A stretch of 64,000 nt of DNA. Origin: Oligoflexales bacterium. Lineage in GTDB: Bacteria > Bdellovibrionota_B > Oligoflexia > Oligoflexales > RGVZ01. Of this stretch, positions 59,417 through 64,000 are shown piece by piece. Position numbers and translations under genes: made by a program. How positions within the stretch are numbered: the first letter of the stretch is position 1; every line of letters begins with the position of its first letter. The notes under the pieces were generated by a model. It worked only from the letters and a program-made list of their open reading frames with translations, made no database searches and was not told the DNA's origin. The stretch spans positions 80,484 to 144,483 of the forward strand of contig CANFEB010000001.1 in NCBI GenBank assembly GCA_947445775.1. Direction: 5' to 3'.

Positions 59417-60282
59417 CTACCCATAGCGTTGTTTGGTCGGCGACCAGTCCGACATAGATTCTTTCGGTCCAACCACTTCACTCGCATGCTTGCGCGCCTG
59501 TGCCATGAAACCGGTGCCGAGTTCCTGTTCGGCAGCAGCTTGATTGTGGCGACGACACCGCAAAGTCAAATTTTCCTCGCTATGTTTACCGCCGCGACAC
59601 CACATTTTAATGTGGTCTAATTCTAGCATCGAACGCTCGGGGCAGCGGCTGCCGCCGGAATGCCTCCACGTGCATTGACCGCGGTCGCGTAGCCATACTG
59701 TGTGACGAATCGCCGCTGGAATTGCTGGACGGGTTGCTGGTTTTTTGTATGGACTCTGACCGCCATTCCCTGGAGAAGCGGGCTCGGAGACTACTTCTGC
59801 GTCGGTCTCTGTCTCTACTTCGGCCATGGCCGTCTTCGCCGGAGAAGGAGAAGGAGAAGGAGAAGGAGAATTTTCGAAGCGCGCCATTGCCCTTTCCGCC
59901 TTCCTAAGTGGGTCACGTTTATCAAGCAAATCTTCGAGAGCCTTAACCAAAATTTCGGGCAGCGACGGCATGCGACCGCCACCCCTCATGTTAGCCAGGA
60001 CCTAGCGGGCTCGGTCCAACAATAGAAGTGCCACCTCTCTTTTTGATTTGTGCTTGATACCATCAAGAAGGAACTCAGAATTTGCCTGAGTGATTTTCGG
60101 CGCAATTAGAGCCAAGTGAGACACTTGAGTCTCGACAGATTCCAGCAGCTTTCGCGCCGTTCAAGTTCACCGATGAGCGACACGGATTGGCGTGGCACAC
60201 ATTTTTTAGAAAAACTTCAAACATGCATCGAGGAACGTACTAATGGCGAAGCCTGACGTTCAAAAATCGTGTCAAGCGACAT
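59417..60282 (-). pseudogene. HNH endonuclease gene (DUF222-like N-region) with an in-frame TAG, upstream frameshift(s) and a probable internal deletion
   Basis: ORF 59417-59989 carries LELDHIKMWCRGGKHSEENLTLRCRRHN. The same frame upstream reads TARKLLESVETQVSHLALIAPKITQANSEFLLDGIKHKSKREVALLLLDRAR-TAG(60002-60004)-VLANMRGGG. Further 5' pieces lie in other frames, up to the ATG at 60282. Confidence 0.65.
59841..59870. repeat. hexanucleotide repeat (GGAGAA)5
   Basis: Encodes (SP)5 in the HNH ORF. Confidence 0.9.
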
Positions 60283-60337
60283 CTCTTGGATAGGAAGAGC
60301 TTAGGGGGTACGGGACGAAGTCGCTGGTGAATTACAG

Positions 60338-60354
60338 TTGGCTCATCGCAACAG
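60338..60354. repeat. 17-bp direct repeat, right copy
   Basis: Spans the last three codons and the stop (60343-60345) of the ATPase gene. Confidence 0.9.
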
Positions 60355-61563
60355 CCCAAAAAGATGCAGTGGAATTCGTCGCCCAGAACTTGCTTCGATG
60401 CCGTCGACAGCCACCACGCGCTTTAGGTCACCCCGCACCGGGTTTGCCGCAAATTGCCGTTCGGTCTTGCCGGAGCCACCAACTTCGACAGCGATCTGGT
60501 CGTCAACGATAAAGTCGATATTACCTAGAGACTTCACCGAATGGTGGGGACGAAGGCTGGTACAAAAGAAGGTCTCGCGAACTGTGCCTATAGATGGTTC
60601 AACTCGATGGGGTGCTGTGATGGCGGCCAGCAAATTTGTATTTTCCAGATAAACTTTTTCTGGTTTGCGGGCAGATTTGATCCCAGTTCCAGCAGCGGCA
60701 ATTGTTTGTAACAAACGGCCATGTTCCAGACAGTCGAGGAAATGATAGGTCGAGGCTTTTGCAATCCCCAAATTTCTGCTCAATGCTTCGATATTCAAAT
60801 GGAATGGTACGGTGGAGGAAACGATCCAAAGTATCTTTTTGAGTGTGTTGACCTTTGCCGCGGAGATCGCGAATTGACTCGTGAGATCTTCGGAAACAAC
60901 TTTGTCTATGATGTTTTGCAAACGCTGGTGATAACCCTCGAGGCCTTGCATAAAAAACGGATAATGGCCGTACTTCAGGTAGTTCCTGAACGCGTTGAGT
61001 AGATTTCCTTTGGCCGCCAGGTCGCGCGCGATGGTCGAGTGATGGGCGATCAAATCATCTAGCGTAATAACGGCTATGTCGCCTTGGCCTGTGAGGTGCA
61101 AATATTCTCGAAATGATAATCCAGGCAAATCGTACCAGAGTACGCGTCGTGACAAATCGGCATTCCCTTTTGTCAGTGCAGACGAAGAGCTGCCGCTGAT
61201 CCAAATCGATTTTTTTGGGTATGTGTCAATTAGGCTTTTAATCTCTGCGCCCCAGTCGGTGGCACGGTGGGCCTCATCAATGATAAGGCCCTCGCCTCCA
61301 CGCTTAAAGTATTCCCGACCGATATTGTAGACCCCAAGGGCTGACACTTCGACATGATCGGCGGAAATATAGAGGCAGCGCTCGTGCGAGCCAAAAACTT
61401 CCCAGTATTTTTGCAGCAACAGGGTTGTTTTGCCGACCCCCCGGCCGCCTGTGAGGCCAATAACGCGAGCATTCCAGTCGATGTCTAGGACGTTCACTCG
61501 CGAATAGGACTTCGGAACCTCTGCGGTGACCAGATCGTGGATCTCTATGATGTTATCGAGCAT
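60343..61563 (-). CDS. AAA+ ATPase with C-terminal nuclease-like domain (AAA_14/DUF4143-type, divergent subfamily), intact
   Basis: 406 aa. Walker A GGRGVGKTTLL, Walker B LIIDEAHR, C-terminal IDFIVDDQIAVEVGGSGK. Confidence 0.75.
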   Translation of the reverse strand: MLDNIIEIHDLVTAEVPKSYSRVNVLDIDWNARVIGLTGGRGVGKTTLLLQKYWEVFGSHERCLYISADHVEVSALGVYNIGREYFKRGGEGLIIDEAHRATDWGAEIKSLIDTYPKKSIWISGSSSSALTKGNADLSRRVLWYDLPGLSFREYLHLTGQGDIAVITLDDLIAHHSTIARDLAAKGNLLNAFRNYLKYGHYPFFMQGLEGYHQRLQNIIDKVVSEDLTSQFAISAAKVNTLKKILWIVSSTVPFHLNIEALSRNLGIAKASTYHFLDCLEHGRLLQTIAAAGTGIKSARKPEKVYLENTNLLAAITAPHRVEPSIGTVRETFFCTSLRPHHSVKSLGNIDFIVDDQIAVEVGGSGKTERQFAANPVRGDLKRVVAVDGIEASSGRRIPLHLFGLLR

Positions 61564-61605
61564 TTTGCGCCCTCATGAATCGTATTATGTAATATACGAT
61601 AAATT

Positions 61606-61639
61606 GAATAAATCGTCTAGTAGAGTAGACGATTTATTC
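61606..61639 (-). terminator. 14-bp perfect inverted repeat (hairpin; terminator or operator)
   Basis: GAATAAATCGTCTA-N6-TAGACGATTTATTC. On the minus strand it is followed by AATTTAT. Lies between the lipoprotein stop (61672) and the ATPase start (61563). Confidence 0.4.
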
Positions 61640-61671
61640 TAGGGAATTGCCCCGCCCGCTAACCTGAGATC

Positions 61672-62568
61672 TCACTTGGTCCGGCACGACACGCGGCTGG
61701 AGACCTCATTTGGCGACAGCCCGGCCACACAGACGCGCATATTCAAATTGAATCTGGCCTGGCATTTGCCGTTGCCATCAGCGGAAAGTTTTACGTTGGC
61801 CACATTTCCAGGATTAGTGTCGACCTCGCAGGCGGCGGGTGTTGACTCGGCCGCATCACACGACGGTTGGATGGGCGGACAATCACCGGCGTAACGGTCC
61901 TGGCCCTGGCAAGAAATATCCTGCAGCAACTCAGGATTCAAATTACGGGAACACGCTTCCCGGGCCAACTCAGTTCGCGCAACACAACTATTTCCGCCCC
62001 AGGCGACTAAGGGTCTCTCGGACGGGGTGGCACTTCCCGCATACCTTTGCGCGGTGCAGCGCGACGGATCAAACAAGGTGATGCACATACCAGGAACCAC
62101 CGGACACTTTTGTCCACTCGCATCCGGCGCGCACTTGATGGCGTCTAGAGCCTTGACGTCCCAGCCCCGATTGCAGGCCTCGGACAACACCGCTTTGCGG
62201 GCCTGACACTCATTCAGCGAAAATGCATAAGGACGATGCCCCGGCGTCAAGATAGTTCCTGAAAATTCACGCAACTCACAAAATGTTGCCACGCCGCCCG
62301 CCGGGCAGACCTTGTCCAATTCCTTGCAAATATCGGGCTTCATCAGCGCTGCACCGCCTGAAGACGCACCCTCGCCAGCTCCGCCTTTCATTCCGGGATC
62401 GACCGGACCAATTGATTCTTGAATGGGGGAACCATTGGCATCACCGCCCAGCCCACGAGATGACCTGACGGTTTGCTTGCCCAAGCAGGCTGAAACCATA
62501 GCCAAGGGCAAGGCCAGAGCGAGGCATGCGGTGGCACAGCGCAGAAAAATTTTAGTTGGCCGCATCAT
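61672..62568 (-). CDS. Cys-rich lipoprotein with three ~65-75-aa Cys-patterned modules
   Basis: Start MMRPTKIFL... with lipobox MVSAC. Recurrent pattern C-x6-7-CP...C(Q/V)AR-x6-7-(A/V)C...(K/S)C. The start overlaps the flgD 3' end by about 14-17 nt. Confidence 0.6.
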   Translation of the reverse strand: MMRPTKIFLRCATACLALALPLAMVSACLGKQTVRSSRGLGGDANGSPIQESIGPVDPGMKGGAGEGASSGGAALMKPDICKELDKVCPAGGVATFCELREFSGTILTPGHRPYAFSLNECQARKAVLSEACNRGWDVKALDAIKCAPDASGQKCPVVPGMCITLFDPSRCTAQRYAGSATPSERPLVAWGGNSCVARTELAREACSRNLNPELLQDISCQGQDRYAGDCPPIQPSCDAAESTPAACEVDTNPGNVANVKLSADGNGKCQARFNLNMRVCVAGLSPNEVSSRVSCRTK

Positions 62569-63592
62569 GGTTCTCCGTGGCGTCAGATTCAGCTTCTTCA
62601 GTTGTCGCAAAAACCACCGGGATATCAAGGCCAACTTGGCCATCAACGTTGTCATTGGCTTCGGAGGCCGATACTTCCATGTCAGCCGCGCCAGCCGCGC
62701 CAGCCGCAGCAACCTTAACCTCGGTCTTAACTTTTTCTTCCGCCATCCGCACCGCCACCACGTCCTTGGCAGAAATTTTGCCGGCCGCCGTCATAAAGGC
62801 ACCTGCGGGATCTTTCAAATCAACGCCGGTGACTTTGATACGCGTCTGCACCGGAACCGGAACGGCTTGCCCCTCATCAGCAGTGGCCGTGATGTTAAAC
62901 GTGTAGGCCCCGTCTTTAAGTCCCTCGCCGTTGCTCCCCAGGCCACTCCATTGCAAATCCTGCTCGCCTTCACGCAATTGACCGAGGTCTTCCGTGGCCA
63001 CGATCTCGCCATTTTCATCTCGGACTTCCAGGGAAGCCCCGGCAATTGGCCGGTCGATATTAAAGCTGACCTGACCGGGGCTGCCCTTGGAAATCAGCGC
63101 CCGCCCGCCCTCTATCGTCACATCACGCCCGACGTAGTCCAGCATGCCGAAATTGCGGCCATTGCTCTGGCCCTTCAGCATTTCTGTCAGCGTCTTGTTG
63201 ACGTTGAGCATTTGCTCGAGGCCGTTAAACTGCGCCAACTGGGCGGCCATCTGGGCGCTGTCGTCAGGTTTCAGCGGATCTTGATTTTGCAATTGGGCAA
63301 TAAACAGTTTTAGAAAATCGTCCTTATCCAACTGGTTCTTTGGACCCCGCTGTGGGTTATTGCGTTCATTGAGGAGCTTATAAAAATCCTCGTCGGTCTT
63401 TGCCCCAGACAAATCGCCTTCCTTGCTGGTTGCACGGTCTCTGGCGGCGTCGATGTTTGAACTCATGAGAATATTTTTGAAGGAGGCGTCTCCTTCACCC
63501 GAAACAACCTTTGCTGGACCCTTGGAATCCGCGGGCCCCGAGGCGGCCTTGCCCGTGTACGGACTGATTTTGTCTTGTAAGGTAGCCTGCAT
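62552..63592 (-). CDS. flgD: flagellar hook assembly/capping protein FlgD
   Basis: ATG 63592 after GGAGAGG. DDFLKLFIAQLQNQDPLKP and a FlgD Ig-like C-terminal region. Confidence 0.85.
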   Translation of the reverse strand: MQATLQDKISPYTGKAASGPADSKGPAKVVSGEGDASFKNILMSSNIDAARDRATSKEGDLSGAKTDEDFYKLLNERNNPQRGPKNQLDKDDFLKLFIAQLQNQDPLKPDDSAQMAAQLAQFNGLEQMLNVNKTLTEMLKGQSNGRNFGMLDYVGRDVTIEGGRALISKGSPGQVSFNIDRPIAGASLEVRDENGEIVATEDLGQLREGEQDLQWSGLGSNGEGLKDGAYTFNITATADEGQAVPVPVQTRIKVTGVDLKDPAGAFMTAAGKISAKDVVAVRMAEEKVKTEVKVAAAGAAGAADMEVSASEANDNVDGQVGLDIPVVFATTEEAESDATENHDAAN

Positions 63593-63674
63593 GGTGTCCC
63601 CTCTCCGTCGCCTATTTAGATTCAATAATCAAATTCAATAAATTCCGAAATTCAAAAAAACTTGACCAGCCAAT

Positions 63675-64000
63675 TCAAGCGAGGACTTTAATCCGCCCAG
63701 AGCCGCCGACCGTACGGTCGCTGAGATCCACAATTCGAAATGACCGCAACGCCTGGCGGCCCACCTGCTCATTCAACGCCTCAATGGACGGCCCACGGCC
63801 CAGGCTTTGCTTTCCAGACTGAGGGCTTCCCTCGCGCCTCTCGTCAAAGCCGCCCGACCAGCCCTGATTGGCCGGGCCACTGTTGGGTCCGGACCAAGAT
63901 CTGGAATCAAATTCACGAAGCTGCAAATTTTGTTCGCCGAGCGATGCCTTTAACTGCGGTAACTCGCGGGTAATCATTTCGCGTAGCTCTTCGGAGCCAG
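63675..64000 (-). CDS. fliK: flagellar hook-length control protein FliK, C-terminal part (5' end outside the window)
   Basis: The frame is open to 64000: ...GSEELREMITRELPQLKASLGEQNLQLREFD..., which is Flg_hook-like. The position immediately upstream of flgD is canonical. Confidence 0.5.
   Translation of the reverse strand, partial: GSEELREMITRELPQLKASLGEQNLQLREFDSRSWSGPNSGPANQGWSGGFDERREGSPQSGKQSLGRGPSIEALNEQVGRQALRSFRIVDLSDRTVGGSGRIKVLA

Larger units (their letters stand above)
59327..60337. mobile_element. 1,011-bp cassette bounded by ~25-bp imperfect inverted termini (15-bp perfect core) and flanked by a 17-bp direct repeat; the only cargo is a decayed HNH gene
   Basis: The left end is TGACATTTATCAGCGACTTCGTCCC. 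The reverse complement of the right end is TGTAATTCACCAGCGACTTCGTCCC. About 21/25 positions are identical. Confidence 0.55.

Noticed and set aside
59417-61563. ATPase plus HNH as a two-gene Septu-like defence pair
   Set aside because: The HNH gene is broken and lies within its own repeat-bounded cassette, inserted after the ATPase stop. The ATPase is AAA_14/DUF4143-type, not the PtuA-type. The adjacency looks secondary.
61672-62568. Kazal-type protease inhibitor assignment for the Cys-rich modules
   Set aside because: The spacing between the fourth and fifth cysteines is 9-10 residues here, against 2-3 in Kazal, and the PVCG/TY signature is absent. Left as an unassigned Cys-rich repeat.

Overview
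64-kb chromosomal window from a flagellated diderm bacterium: it carries LPS-core genes (waaA plus a GT9 heptosyltransferase), lgt and many lipobox proteins. Gene content is reminiscent of Bdellovibrionota or deltaproteobacteria-like lineages, but the taxon cannot be fixed from sequence alone. There are about 50 apparently intact CDS. Backbone, in order: (1) a four-gene overlapping operon, DUF3025-like, ATP-grasp-like, tdk, hrpB; (2) a membrane protein with two cNMP-binding domains, coupled to a soluble pseudopilin-like protein; (3) pdxH, an FAD protein, katG, and a lipoprotein block that includes an exported HNH nuclease; (4) lgt; (5) a flagellar basal-body and export cluster (sigma54 activator, flgB, flgC, fliE, fliF, fliH, fliI, fliJ, MotE-like; no fliG). 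This cluster is headed by a TPR gene with a consensus sigma54 promoter. (6) A sigma28-type promoter in front of a PilZ gene; (7) a CHASE2-like hybrid kinase; (8) ABC/FtsX/DUF3299 plus HK/RR, then dapF, an acyltransferase and galE; (9) a tightly packed six-gene envelope operon ending in a REC-PilZ protein; (10) LPS core glycosyltransferases and RNase G; (11) a second flagellar fragment (fliK 3' end, flgD) followed by a Cys-rich triple-repeat lipoprotein where flgE is expected. Superimposed on this backbone are four things. Five AAA_14/DUF4143-type ATPase loci sit in AT-richer islets, and four of them are decayed. A 1,011-bp cassette carries a decayed HNH gene, bounded by inverted termini and a 17-bp direct repeat. 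A Fic-like remnant lies between two copies of the dapF 3' end. More than 15 short tandem repeats are present. I saw no rRNA, tRNA, CRISPR, transposase or integrase. All family calls come from motif recognition by eye; no searches were run. Coordinates of non-ORF features were hand-indexed against ORF-track anchors and may be off by 1-2 nt.
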